Shown here: piece by piece, positions 30,679-39,406 of the stretch
Numbering within the stretch: position 1 is the first letter of the stretch
How the letters are laid out: each line of letters opens with the position of its first letter
From: Patescibacteria group bacterium
Lineage (GTDB): Bacteria; Patescibacteriota; UBA1384; JBAYJO01
Length of the DNA stretch: 64,000 nt
NCBI GenBank assembly: GCA_041665085.1
Contig: JBAYJO010000002.1
Span: forward strand, 19,413 to 83,412
Direction of reading: 5' to 3'
Translations under genes and position numbers: made by a program
Notes under the pieces: model-generated
The model's input: the letters and a program-made list of their open reading frames with translations, nothing else
The model's database searches: none
What the model was told of the DNA's origin: nothing

Positions 30679-31542
30679 ATGGCACCCGCAAAAAAAGTGT
30701 CCGAAAAAAATACCAAACAGGAAATATGGCGAGCATATGATGAATTGATGAGCGGTATGAATACTCTTCCAATTGAATTTTCAACCCCGAAAAAAGAAGA
30801 GGGCAAGGAAAATTTTATAAAAGATATAACCGATTTAAAACTTACAATCAGCGACAATTTAGACAAAATTGCCAACAATCTTTTGAAAAGTTTGAACGAT
30901 GCGGAAATATTCCGTCAAAATCTTGAAAATGAAAAAAATCAAATTTTGGAAAATATCCATTTCAAAAAAGATGCTCTTGAAAAAGAGATTGAAAATATTA
31001 AAAATGGTAACCTTGAGCAAGAAAAAGAATATTTAAAAACTCAAACACTAATAAGCCAAGAAAAAGAAATTGAACGCAAACGAGAAGAGAATGAATATAT
31101 TTACAATTTAGCTACCAAGCGCCGCAAAGAAAATGATGAGTATCAAACCCAGAAAGCAACTGAGATTGCCAAAATTCAAGAACGAGAAGAAGCAATAACC
31201 ATTCGCGAAAAAGAAATTGCCGAAATGGAAAAATCACTTGCTGAAATGCCAAAAGTAATTGAGGAATCAGTATTTAAATCCAATGATGAAACAAGAAAAG
31301 AACTTACGGCAACATTCACAGCCGAAATTAGCAGACTCAAGATTGAATCAGAGCATCAAAAAAATATTAGTGATCTAAATACTAAAAATCTCGAATCAAC
31401 CATTAAAACACAAGAAACGGAAATAAATTCCTTAAAAAATCAACTTTCTGAAACCAGCAGCCAACTAAAAGAAATGGCCGTCGCCGTTATCGAAGGTGGT
31501 TCCGGTAAAGATAGGCCCGTCTCTGCAAGCCAGACATTATAA
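30679..31542 (+). CDS. hypothetical Glu/Lys-rich coiled-coil protein
   Basis: start chosen at MAPAKK (RBS AAAGGAA) rather than upstream in-frame Met of ORF track; heptad-like charged repeats. Confidence 0.5.
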   Translation: MAPAKKVSEKNTKQEIWRAYDELMSGMNTLPIEFSTPKKEEGKENFIKDITDLKLTISDNLDKIANNLLKSLNDAEIFRQNLENEKNQILENIHFKKDALEKEIENIKNGNLEQEKEYLKTQTLISQEKEIERKREENEYIYNLATKRRKENDEYQTQKATEIAKIQEREEAITIREKEIAEMEKSLAEMPKVIEESVFKSNDETRKELTATFTAEISRLKIESEHQKNISDLNTKNLESTIKTQETEINSLKNQLSETSSQLKEMAVAVIEGGSGKDRPVSASQTL

Positions 31543-31558
31543 AATATTTAGAGTATGT

Positions 31559-31894
31559 TTAATAATTATCTAAAATTTGGTCAACCTGTTTTTTAAGTTC
31601 AGGCAAATCACTTTTAACTGTATCCCAAATAATTTCAGGTTTGATATCGATGTAGCCATGAGCGATCTGGTTTCTTAGTCCAACCGCTTGATGCCATGGT
31701 AAATCATGGTATTGTTCTTTAAATTCATTACCTAGCTCATTTACAGATTCGCCAATCACAATTATCCGCATTAAGATAGCATCATAATCCTTGTTGTTTT
31801 TAGCAAATTCATCAAAAGTGATCTCATTAGAATATTCAAAAATTTTCTCGATTGAGTCGCGAATATGTAATAGTCGTAGTTTATTTCTTTCCAT
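31559..31894 (-). CDS. hepT: HepT-like (DUF86/HEPN) toxin of type VII HepT/MntA toxin-antitoxin system
   Basis: Rx4HxY HEPN motif (LRNQIAHGY); start placed at MERNK giving 14-nt overlap with upstream mntA. Confidence 0.75.
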   Translation of the reverse strand: MERNKLRLLHIRDSIEKIFEYSNEITFDEFAKNNKDYDAILMRIIVIGESVNELGNEFKEQYHDLPWHQAVGLRNQIAHGYIDIKPEIIWDTVKSDLPELKKQVDQILDNY

Positions 31895-32183
31895 AAATTT
31901 TTCTTGCCTCCGCAAATATTTCGTCTTTAATATATTTATCAAGAGAATTCTTTTCAATAAAATCTACTTTTCTTCTTAATTTTTTTTCTAAATAGTACTG
32001 CGTGTCAAAAATTTTAAATAAACTCAATGTTTTGTTCATTTCAAACAACAGATCAATATCACTATTTTCCTTGGCGTTTCCATGCAAAAAAGATCCGAAG
32101 AGATAAATACTCTGGATATGTTCCCTGTTTGGAGCAGACATCATTGCTTCTTTAATTTTTGAAATAATTTCTTCTTGACTCAT
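31881..32183 (-). CDS. mntA: MntA-like minimal nucleotidyltransferase antitoxin
   Basis: GSx(n)DxD motif (LFGSFLHGNAKENSDIDLL); immediately upstream of and overlapping hepT. Confidence 0.75.
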   Translation of the reverse strand: MSQEEIISKIKEAMMSAPNREHIQSIYLFGSFLHGNAKENSDIDLLFEMNKTLSLFKIFDTQYYLEKKLRRKVDFIEKNSLDKYIKDEIFAEARKIYGKK

Positions 32184-32290
32184 AGATATATTATAGCATA
32201 ATTTTAAAAGATAAAAATATACTAACTACTAAAATAAAATGGTTTGATGGGACAGCTGGGTCTGGAACTATTTATGCGAATACTGATCTG

Positions 32291-32484
32291 CCCTTCGATA
32301 AACTCAGGGCATTCGACTTCTAGCTTTATGGTCTACTATGAATTTATTGAATGGTCAAAGAACATGAGCTTGTCGTGATCTAAAACTTATTATGGCACTT
32401 CGACAAGCTCAGTGCATTCGACTTCTAGCTTCCTGGTCGGAGACCATGAGCGCTCCGTTCGCTTTAGCGAACAGGAAGTCGAAT
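32291..32484. repeat. tandem degenerate ~106-bp repeat units downstream of tRNA-Ser(GCT), homologous to trailer of second tRNA-Ser
   Basis: ttcgaTaaActcagGgcattcgacttctagctt (32294-32326) vs ttcgaCaaGctcagTgcattcgacttctagctt (32398-32430); shared tggtcggagaccatgagc and catgagcttgtcg segments with 33165-33263. Confidence 0.6.
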
Positions 32485-32573
32485 GGCGGAGAAGGTGGGA
32501 TTTGAACCCACGATACCCTTGCGAGTATAACACCTTAGCGGGGTGCCGCTTTCAGCCACTCAGCCACTTCTCC
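32485..32573 (-). tRNA. tRNA-Ser (anticodon GCT), long variable arm
   Basis: 89 nt: acceptor GGAGAAG/CTTCTCC, 3-bp D-stem with GAGTGGCTGAA loop, anticodon loop containing GCT, long variable hairpin, T-arm GTGGG-TTCAAAT-CCCAC, CCA encoded. Confidence 0.6.
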
Positions 32574-32641
32574 AAATAATATAATAATGATGCAAGCTAC
32601 ATCATTATCATATTAGCAGAATTATTTACAGATTAAAAGGG

Positions 32642-33055
32642 TTATTTAATTTTTGCCCCTTGGGTATCGAGCCAAGATTTTAGAGCATCTTTTTCTTTAT
32701 AGCCGGTTTCCTTTTGGCCATCTTTTCCAATAAAAGTTGGCGTTCCGGAAATATTATAGTCTTGCCAATAATTTTGATTTTTGCCTACATCCATAGGTTT
32801 TACTCTATATCCTTCTTTTGCCAGTTCTGCTAGTACGGTTTTTTCTTTAGTACACCAGCCGCAACTTTCAGAATAAAAAAACATTACCGGAGAACTGTCA
32901 TCAAAATAATCAGCAGTAACCGCTTGAGTTTGATTTGTATTTTGAGTAGACGCCCCTTTGGTAGTTCCTGTATTTGTGGCTTCTTTTGTACCGCAACCAG
33001 TTAATAATAAACTGCTAAATAATATTATTCCTGCAAAAAAAATATACTTTTTCAT
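32642..33055 (-). CDS. thioredoxin-fold thiol-disulfide oxidoreductase lipoprotein
   Basis: lipoprotein signal (LLLTGC), CxxC motif (CGWC). Confidence 0.7.
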   Translation of the reverse strand: MKKYIFFAGIILFSSLLLTGCGTKEATNTGTTKGASTQNTNQTQAVTADYFDDSSPVMFFYSESCGWCTKEKTVLAELAKEGYRVKPMDVGKNQNYWQDYNISGTPTFIGKDGQKETGYKEKDALKSWLDTQGAKIK

Positions 33056-33164
33056 TTATCTCCAAATTAAATATATACTTTTCTATTATCAATATTTATC
33101 AATTTATGTCAAATAAAAAAATTATTTTTACATGATTTATGCATTCGATTCAATTCTTTTTTCC

Positions 33165-33263
33165 TGTTCAGAGACCATGAGCGAATAAAGCGAGTTATTA
33201 TAGCCCTTCGATAAACTCAGGGCATTCTCCAATCTCTTGGTCGGAGACCATGAGCTTGTCGAA
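33165..33263. repeat. repeat block downstream of tRNA-Ser(TGA) sharing units with 32291-32484
   Basis: cccttcgataaactcagggcattc and tggtcggagaccatgagcttgtcg shared with the other tRNA-Ser trailer. Confidence 0.55.
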
Positions 33264-33353
33264 TGGCGGAGAGGGTGGGATTCGGACCCACGGTTACCTT
33301 TCAGCAACACTAGTTTTCAAGACTAGCTCCTTAAACCACTCGGACACCTCTCC
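33264..33353 (-). tRNA. tRNA-Ser (anticodon TGA), long variable arm
   Basis: 90 nt: acceptor GGAGAGG/CCTCTCC, anticodon stem CTAGT/ACTAG with loop CTTGAAA, variable hairpin, T-arm GTGGG-TCCGAAT-CCCAC, CCA. Confidence 0.8.
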
Positions 33354-33489
33354 AGATGTTTTTCCGCCTTCGGTTAACCTCTTTAACAAATAGATGATTA
33401 TTTCTCTTGTTAAATTAGGTTAATTCTTCGGCGGACCCTCTTAATTGTCACACTGTAATAATACTATGGAATAGATTTTACAGTAAGAC

Positions 33490-33536
33490 AATTGGATGGG
33501 CAAGACCGTCGCACTAGACCACTATGCGACCTCTCC
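33490..33536 (-). other. tRNA-like 5' fragment (GGAGAGGTCGCATAGTGGTCTAGTGCGACGG...) without matching 3' half; possible tRNA remnant/pseudo-tRNA
   Basis: starts with same GGAGAGGT as tRNA-Ser(TGA), D-loop-like TAGTGGTCTAG, preceded by TATAAT; no T-arm/acceptor 3' strand found downstream. Confidence 0.3.
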
Positions 33537-33686
33537 AACAATAACAACAATACTATTATACCTGTAATTTAATTAAAAATCAACCATATTACATTGTGTA
33601 TATTTTTTCACAGATTGACATATACTTTCTATCTGATCATATTAAATTAGACCAATACAATAATCACACAGGGGGGTTCAATTACA

Positions 33687-34751
33687 ATGTCAAACATTGT
33701 ACTGATAAAAACGTCATTGGTAACAAGAGCTCAAGCAACCACCAGAGTATGGGATATCGGCGGGTGGCTTGACACTTGGTTCGCCGTTATTGGTGAGATA
33801 CTGAATATCGGCGTTTGGTCGCGCTACTTTGGGAGCACAGGTCCTTTCAGGGGAGTTGAAGTTAGCGTAGAAAAAACGCAGACAAATCCCCAAGCAGGCA
33901 AGATTGAGATCATTGCTGCTGACCCAAGTTTTGATGTCGGCAATGTCGAAATCAGATCGCTGGACAATGGCAACTTTGATCACTCGAATATCTTGCTGGA
34001 CACACTATACCTTTTGAAGAGATATCTTGATCCGCGGTTCAACTTCACCATTCGGATTTTGAGTCCGTTCCCGCCCGGAGCCTCTGTTGGCACAAGCGCT
34101 GCCGTTGAGATTGCTCTTGGAAAAGCAATCACTGGCGGGGAACTTCCACTGGGAGAGCTGGCAAAAATCGGATGGCGAGCTGAAACCGAGATCAAAGGTG
34201 GACAATCCGGCATTCAAGACCATTGGGGTTCGGACTTTTCAGGAGGAGTTGGACTTTATACTGTCAGCTCATATCCAGAGACAACGATGCGGCCTGTCCG
34301 TATTTCAGATGCTACAAAAATGGCGCTGAATGATGGTCTTGTCACAGTATGCTACGGCACTCATGATAGTTCGGAAATGCACAATCGAGTGATTTCTGGA
34401 CTGGAAGGAGAAGGAGAACATTCACCAAGACTCGCAAGGCTAAGGGGTCTGGCGCTTCAAGCTGAAGACGCCCTAAGAAGAGGGTATCTGACAAAATTCG
34501 GCAGAATCGGAATCGAGAATACCGAGGCGCAAAAAGCGCTTTGTCCGGAACTTGTTAGCCAATCTGCCGAGTTTATCATACAGACAGCTAAGATCCACAA
34601 AGCTCTCGGTTGGAAAGTAAATGGAGCAGGAGGCGAAGGCGGATCAATTACCGTGCTCATGTCCACAAGATCCGCGACCGAAGAATTCGTTGCTTCGGTC
34701 AGAAGGTATGCTCCATCAGACTGGAAGATCTTCGAGCATCGTCTTCCATGA
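33687..34751 (+). CDS. GHMP kinase family protein on GC-rich islet C
   Basis: ATP-binding motif PPGASVGTSAAVEIAL and C-terminal KVNGAGGEGGSITVL GHMP signature; about 49% GC; AGGGGGG RBS. Confidence 0.65.
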   Translation: MSNIVLIKTSLVTRAQATTRVWDIGGWLDTWFAVIGEILNIGVWSRYFGSTGPFRGVEVSVEKTQTNPQAGKIEIIAADPSFDVGNVEIRSLDNGNFDHSNILLDTLYLLKRYLDPRFNFTIRILSPFPPGASVGTSAAVEIALGKAITGGELPLGELAKIGWRAETEIKGGQSGIQDHWGSDFSGGVGLYTVSSYPETTMRPVRISDATKMALNDGLVTVCYGTHDSSEMHNRVISGLEGEGEHSPRLARLRGLALQAEDALRRGYLTKFGRIGIENTEAQKALCPELVSQSAEFIIQTAKIHKALGWKVNGAGGEGGSITVLMSTRSATEEFVASVRRYAPSDWKIFEHRLP

Positions 34752-34769
34752 CTCACAAACACGACTATC

Positions 34770-34798
34770 AGCCCGTCGCGATTACATCGCGGCGGGCT
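34770..34798 (+). terminator. GC-rich hairpin (agcccgtcgcg attacat cgcggcgggct) downstream of GHMP-kinase gene
   Basis: 11-bp stem with one mismatch, 18 nt after stop. Confidence 0.55.
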
Positions 34799-34951
34799 AA
34801 ATCTTTTCATAAATATTGTGTTTTAAACCTGAAGGTGATAGATTGAATTTATGAAGCTTGCGATTCAAATATAAATGATTAAAAATCATTTAAGTAATTT
34901 AAAATTTACAAATTTAGAATTTAAAATCAATTTAAAAACAATAAATTTACA

Positions 34952-35320
34952 ATGTTGGAAACAAAAAACAAAAAGTACGATTTAGAAGAAAGAACAGCGA
35001 TTTTTGGCGAGAATATTATTAAATTATGCAAGTCTACTAAAACTACAATTAACACAGAACCAATTATTAAACAAATCCTTCGATCTGCAACTAGCATCGG
35101 TGCAAATTATATGGAAGCGAACGGCGCTAGTTCAAAAAAAGATTTTTGTAATAAAATATACATTTGCAAGAAAGAAGCACAGGAAACAAAACATTGGCTA
35201 AGGATGTTATTAACTGCTACAAATGAATCAAATAAAGAAATCGATCACTTGCTTGATGAAGCGCAACAGCTTTCAATGATATTTCACAAGATTACAATTT
35301 CATCAAAAAATAAAGTTTAA
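34952..35320 (+). CDS. four-helix-bundle protein (23S rRNA intervening-sequence protein / Avd-like family), paralog 1
   Basis: RSATSIGANYMEANGASSKKDF...KKEAQETKHWLRML signature of IVS/four-helix-bundle family; 77% identical region with paralog 3. Confidence 0.8.
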   Translation: MLETKNKKYDLEERTAIFGENIIKLCKSTKTTINTEPIIKQILRSATSIGANYMEANGASSKKDFCNKIYICKKEAQETKHWLRMLLTATNESNKEIDHLLDEAQQLSMIFHKITISSKNKV

Positions 35321-35386
35321 TCATTTTAAATTATGACATTGAAAATTCATTTTAAATTAGTAAATTATAAATTTTAAATTTATACT

Positions 35387-36082
35387 ATGTCTATGAAGCT
35401 TGCAATTGTTATACCAGCCTATAATGAAGAAGAAACACTTGGCATAGTTTTAAATTCCCTGCCTAAAAAGTTAAAAGGTATCAGGGAAATCAAAACGATT
35501 GTGGTGGATGACGGATCAAAAGATAGAACGCACGAGATAGCCAGATGGAATCAAGTAATGGCTTTAAAACATATTGTAAATTTAGGGGTTGGAGCGGCAA
35601 CAATCACAGGTCTTGAAGCTGCAAGAAAAATAAATTCCGATATTGTAATTACACTTGACGCAGACGGTCAGCACAGTCCTTCTAATATTGAAAAATTAAT
35701 TGAACCGATTATTAAAAAAGAAGTAGATATTGTTATCGGCAGTCGAGATTATAAGATAAAAAATATGCCAGTTGTAAAAGTTTTTGGCAATCTGATGATG
35801 AACACATTAACCTACATGGTATTTCGAAAATGGTCCGCTGATTCACAATCGGGTATGAAAGCATTTTCAAAATCAGCACTTGAAAAAATTAAACTCCATT
35901 CAACCGGTTATGAAATATGTTCGGAAATTATTGGAGAAATTAAAAGAAATAATATTCAATATAAAGAAATTAAAATTGATACAATTTACACCGATTATTC
36001 AAAACTTCGAGGTCAAAATATTCTTAATGGCATAAATATTTTGACAAAATCATTATTTATTAAAATTGCGAGTATAAAATGA
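35387..36082 (+). CDS. GT2 polyprenol-phosphate glycosyltransferase (GtrB/ArnC-like)
   Basis: LAIVIPAYNEEETL...VVDDGSKDRT...DADGQH motifs. Confidence 0.85.
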   Translation: MSMKLAIVIPAYNEEETLGIVLNSLPKKLKGIREIKTIVVDDGSKDRTHEIARWNQVMALKHIVNLGVGAATITGLEAARKINSDIVITLDADGQHSPSNIEKLIEPIIKKEVDIVIGSRDYKIKNMPVVKVFGNLMMNTLTYMVFRKWSADSQSGMKAFSKSALEKIKLHSTGYEICSEIIGEIKRNNIQYKEIKIDTIYTDYSKLRGQNILNGINILTKSLFIKIASIK

Positions 36083-36414
36083 TTTATGTAGCTAAAGTTT
36101 TTTCAATCATATTGGGATTAATGGTTATATCTAAAACTTTGCTTGATTTTAAAAAGAAACAAGAAAGTTTAATCATGTTTATTTTTTGGACTGTAACATG
36201 GGCGATAATTATTTATCTTGGATTATTTCCAGCCGAAATAGATAAAACAATTAATCGACTCGGAATGAATAAAACCGGAACCGGTACTTTTTTCGGCATG
36301 TCATTGGTTTTTTTATTTTTTGTAATTTACCGCGTCTATCACAAAGCGAATCGTTTAGAATTAAAACTAAAAGACATGACAATGAAATTAGGGTTGAAAG
36401 ATGTTAAAGAATGA
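36079..36414 (+). CDS. DUF2304-like small membrane protein (commonly partnered with GtrB-like GT2)
   Basis: 111 aa, 3 TM helices, translationally coupled to upstream GT2. Confidence 0.6.
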   Translation: MIYVAKVFSIILGLMVISKTLLDFKKKQESLIMFIFWTVTWAIIIYLGLFPAEIDKTINRLGMNKTGTGTFFGMSLVFLFFVIYRVYHKANRLELKLKDMTMKLGLKDVKE

Positions 36415-37427
36415 TCTCTGTCATCATAGTCGGATATAATAGCGAAAAATATCTTAATGATTGTTTAGCAAGTATTTATACCTCTACTATAAAAAAATTT
36501 CGAGTAATTTTTGTTGACAATAATTCAAATGATGATTCTGTAAAATTTATTCAAGAAAATTTTAAAGAAGTAATAATTATTAAATCTAAAGAAAATAATG
36601 GTTTTGCAAAAGGCAATAACATTGGCATTCAAAAAGCCATCGAACTAGGGAGTGAATATGTCTTCCTAATTAATCCCGATACAATTATTGATCCAAATTG
36701 CATCGAAATTCTCCTGAATAAATCAGATCCAAACACAGTATTACAACCTCTAATTTTACTTCACGAAAATGGTGAAAAAACCAATTTAATTAACACTAGC
36801 GGTGGCGTATTGCATTATCTAGGATTTAGTTATTGCAGTGATTACAGAAAAAACAAAAATGACGTCACAGAAAAAGATATTGCGATTGCCAGCGGAGCAG
36901 CGGTTTTGGTACCAACAAATATTTTAAATAAAATCGGCCTTTTTGATGAATTATTTTTTATGTATCATGAAGATGTGGATCTTTTTTGGCGCGCCAGAAT
37001 GTATGGCTATAATATCCGGCTTATTCCAGACGCTTTAATTTGGCATAAATATTCTTTTTCAAGAAATAAAGATAAGATGTTTTATACGGAAAGAAATCGT
37101 TTGCTATTTTTATTTAAAAATTTTAGTTTGAGATATTTATTATTAATACTACCAATTTTTGTATTTAATGAAATTTTCATTTTAATTTATGCTTTACTAA
37201 CTGGTTGGTTGGGATATAAAATAAAATCATACATATCATTAATAAGGTTGCTCCCTAAAGAATTTGAAAAAAGAAAACAAAATAAATTGGTTAGCAATAA
37301 ATCTGAAAGAAAAAATAAAAAATTTATTAGTTCAGAAATCTCATTTTCAGAATTTGCTATATTTTTAATACAACCATACAACTACGCAATTAATTTTTAT
37401 TGGAAATTAATTTATTCATTTATATAA
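36411..37427 (+). CDS. glycosyltransferase family 2
   Basis: ISVIIVGYNSEKYL...VDNNSNDDS...INPD motifs. Confidence 0.8.
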   Translation: MISVIIVGYNSEKYLNDCLASIYTSTIKKFRVIFVDNNSNDDSVKFIQENFKEVIIIKSKENNGFAKGNNIGIQKAIELGSEYVFLINPDTIIDPNCIEILLNKSDPNTVLQPLILLHENGEKTNLINTSGGVLHYLGFSYCSDYRKNKNDVTEKDIAIASGAAVLVPTNILNKIGLFDELFFMYHEDVDLFWRARMYGYNIRLIPDALIWHKYSFSRNKDKMFYTERNRLLFLFKNFSLRYLLLILPIFVFNEIFILIYALLTGWLGYKIKSYISLIRLLPKEFEKRKQNKLVSNKSERKNKKFISSEISFSEFAIFLIQPYNYAINFYWKLIYSFI

Positions 37428-37431
37428 AATT

Positions 37432-39402
37432 ATGCTTAATATACTAAAAAAAATATACATAAAAAACAAACTATTAGTAATTTTTACTTTAGTATTAGTA
37501 TTTTATCTAATTTCTTTAGCAACAGAATCTAATATCACAATGGCTATTTTTGGCCTTCCATTACTGTTATATTTCCCTGGTAAATTCATAATCGAAATTA
37601 TTCCTCCGATGAGTTTTAAATTTGGTAAATTTGGTAAATTTTCATTAAGTATTATCTATTCTTTTTGCCTAGCCTGTGTTTTAGGTCTAATATTGCAGAA
37701 TTCTCTTGAATTTAATTCAGGCTATCAAGTTACAGGATTTATTTTACTAAATATTATACTTTTTATAATTAATTATTTAATCCTTAGAAGTAAATTTTGG
37801 CGGAAAACACCATTTTCCAGTAAAAAGATTTCGAATCGGTCATACACCGCCGTTTGGTGTGACTATACTACAATAGCCCTATTTGCCGTGGCAATTTTAA
37901 TAATAATATTATTAAATCCATTAGCTCAAAATTACGATAAATATCTTGCCATTTTAAAATTATCAGTTTCTCAAAATTTTAACCTTTTAGCGAGCAGACA
38001 AATATTTATTTCTTTTACATTTTTAGTAAGTAAAATTTCGGGATTAAATATTTCTATTGTAGATAGAAATATTTATGATGGATTATTTTTTTTCTCAACG
38101 TTAATATTTTACGATTATTTAAAGAGAAATTTACAATCAAGATTAATAATATCGCTTTCATATTTATCTTTTTTAATTCCCCCTGTAATTCTTATGCAAG
38201 TTGACATAACTATACCTCAAGTTGTCTTAGTAATCTTAACCACACCAGTACTGATCCTTGCAATTGAGTCCATCAAATATAAAAATACTCTTGCTGCAAT
38301 TACAGCATTCAGTATTTCAATCACTGCCATATTATTTCACCAGCTTAGCGCTGTATTAGTAGCCATCGCGGTGATCACGCTCGGTATTAATTTATGGAAA
38401 TTAATTTTTATAGATAAAAAAATTTTATGGAAACATATTATTTTATTTTCTATTATTACTATTGCTTGTTTTGTAATTTTTGATCTTTGGAATTTGTTCT
38501 TACCATCAGTCTTGATACTAAAATCAGCGTACCTTTCTTTTGCTAATATTAATTGGCGTTGGTGGTTTATTAATCGATATTTAGATATTGATGGAACCAT
38601 TATAATGTTTTCTGGTATAAATGCTCTTTTTTATTATCTATATAATGGAGTTTTATTATTGTTGTTGCTGGCTTATTTGTATTGTTTTATTTGTATAAAA
38701 CGTATTAAAATCGAGCGCTACGTACTGCCTCCGGTACTTTATTTAATTTTTTTCTTTGTTGTCGCAGAAGTATTGCCAAGAATCGGACTATTCTTTTTAC
38801 CAAACAGAGCATGGCTTCATATGATGATACCGGCAGTTATTCTATCAGCTTTATTCTTAGAAAAAATAGAAATAACGAAACTAAAAATCAAATTTATTCC
38901 AATCATACTAATTGTTTTTATTTGTACTGGCTATGCCGGCTCTTTATATTTAATAAAAAATAACATCAAAAAAGTGTATAGAGAAGAATTGCCAACAGCG
39001 AATTTTATAAAAAACAACACACCGGTTGATTCAATAATTCTTTCTTCTCAAGATAATTTAGCGCTTGTTTATATTTATGGTAATAGAAATTATGGACAAA
39101 CAACAACCGATCATATTATCAATAAAAATGAGTTTGTAAATTTGATTGATACAGAGCTTGAAGAATTATCGAAAAATATAAATAAGACAATCAGGCCGAA
39201 ATTAAATAAAACAATCGAAAACATTTCAACTATTAATGGTTCCGTATATTTTTTGTATTCTTATCGTAAATTAAATATTTTGAATAATGGAAAAATAGAT
39301 CGACAAGAGGTTGATGATTCACTTAATGAATCTACCTATCGTAATTTTGAATATCCGGTTGTTTATTCAGATAAAAATGCGTTTTTGATAAAAATTAAAT
39401 AA
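37432..39402 (+). CDS. large polytopic membrane protein, hypothetical (possible GT-C-like glycosyltransferase)
   Basis: 656 aa, >12 TM helices, within glycan locus. Confidence 0.45.
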   Translation: MLNILKKIYIKNKLLVIFTLVLVFYLISLATESNITMAIFGLPLLLYFPGKFIIEIIPPMSFKFGKFGKFSLSIIYSFCLACVLGLILQNSLEFNSGYQVTGFILLNIILFIINYLILRSKFWRKTPFSSKKISNRSYTAVWCDYTTIALFAVAILIIILLNPLAQNYDKYLAILKLSVSQNFNLLASRQIFISFTFLVSKISGLNISIVDRNIYDGLFFFSTLIFYDYLKRNLQSRLIISLSYLSFLIPPVILMQVDITIPQVVLVILTTPVLILAIESIKYKNTLAAITAFSISITAILFHQLSAVLVAIAVITLGINLWKLIFIDKKILWKHIILFSIITIACFVIFDLWNLFLPSVLILKSAYLSFANINWRWWFINRYLDIDGTIIMFSGINALFYYLYNGVLLLLLLAYLYCFICIKRIKIERYVLPPVLYLIFFFVVAEVLPRIGLFFLPNRAWLHMMIPAVILSALFLEKIEITKLKIKFIPIILIVFICTGYAGSLYLIKNNIKKVYREELPTANFIKNNTPVDSIILSSQDNLALVYIYGNRNYGQTTTDHIINKNEFVNLIDTELEELSKNINKTIRPKLNKTIENISTINGSVYFLYSYRKLNILNNGKIDRQEVDDSLNESTYRNFEYPVVYSDKNAFLIKIK

Positions 39403-39406
39403 ACAG

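Noticed and set aside
30564-30878. 104-aa minus-strand ORF overlapping the coiled-coil gene start and the palindrome
   Set aside because: No RBS, overlaps the promoter/palindrome and the plus-strand gene. The hydrophobic low-complexity translation is typical of spurious AT-rich ORFs.
32443-32461. ggtcggagacc mini-palindromes / GAGACC sites in the tRNA trailers as restriction or engineered sites
   Set aside because: Short motifs expected by chance within the duplicated trailer. No supporting context.
32221-33300. Possible CRISPR array suggested by repeated units near tRNA genes
   Set aside because: Repeats are degenerate, of unequal length (~106-bp units and shorter blocks) and lack regular repeat-spacer periodicity. 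No cas genes are nearby. Better explained as duplicated tRNA trailers.
33361-33450. Possible tRNA intron or 3' half completing the tRNA-like fragment (ccgccttcgg ... cttcggcgg inverted segments)
   Set aside because: No T-arm (GTTCRAnYC) or acceptor 3' strand (CCTCTCC) could be found downstream. The pairing is short and imperfect.
34952-35320. Diversity-generating retroelement implied by Avd-like four-helix-bundle proteins
   Set aside because: No reverse transcriptase ORF, no TR/VR repeat pair and no adenine-rich template region anywhere in the window. The proteins match the standalone 23S rRNA IVS protein family instead.
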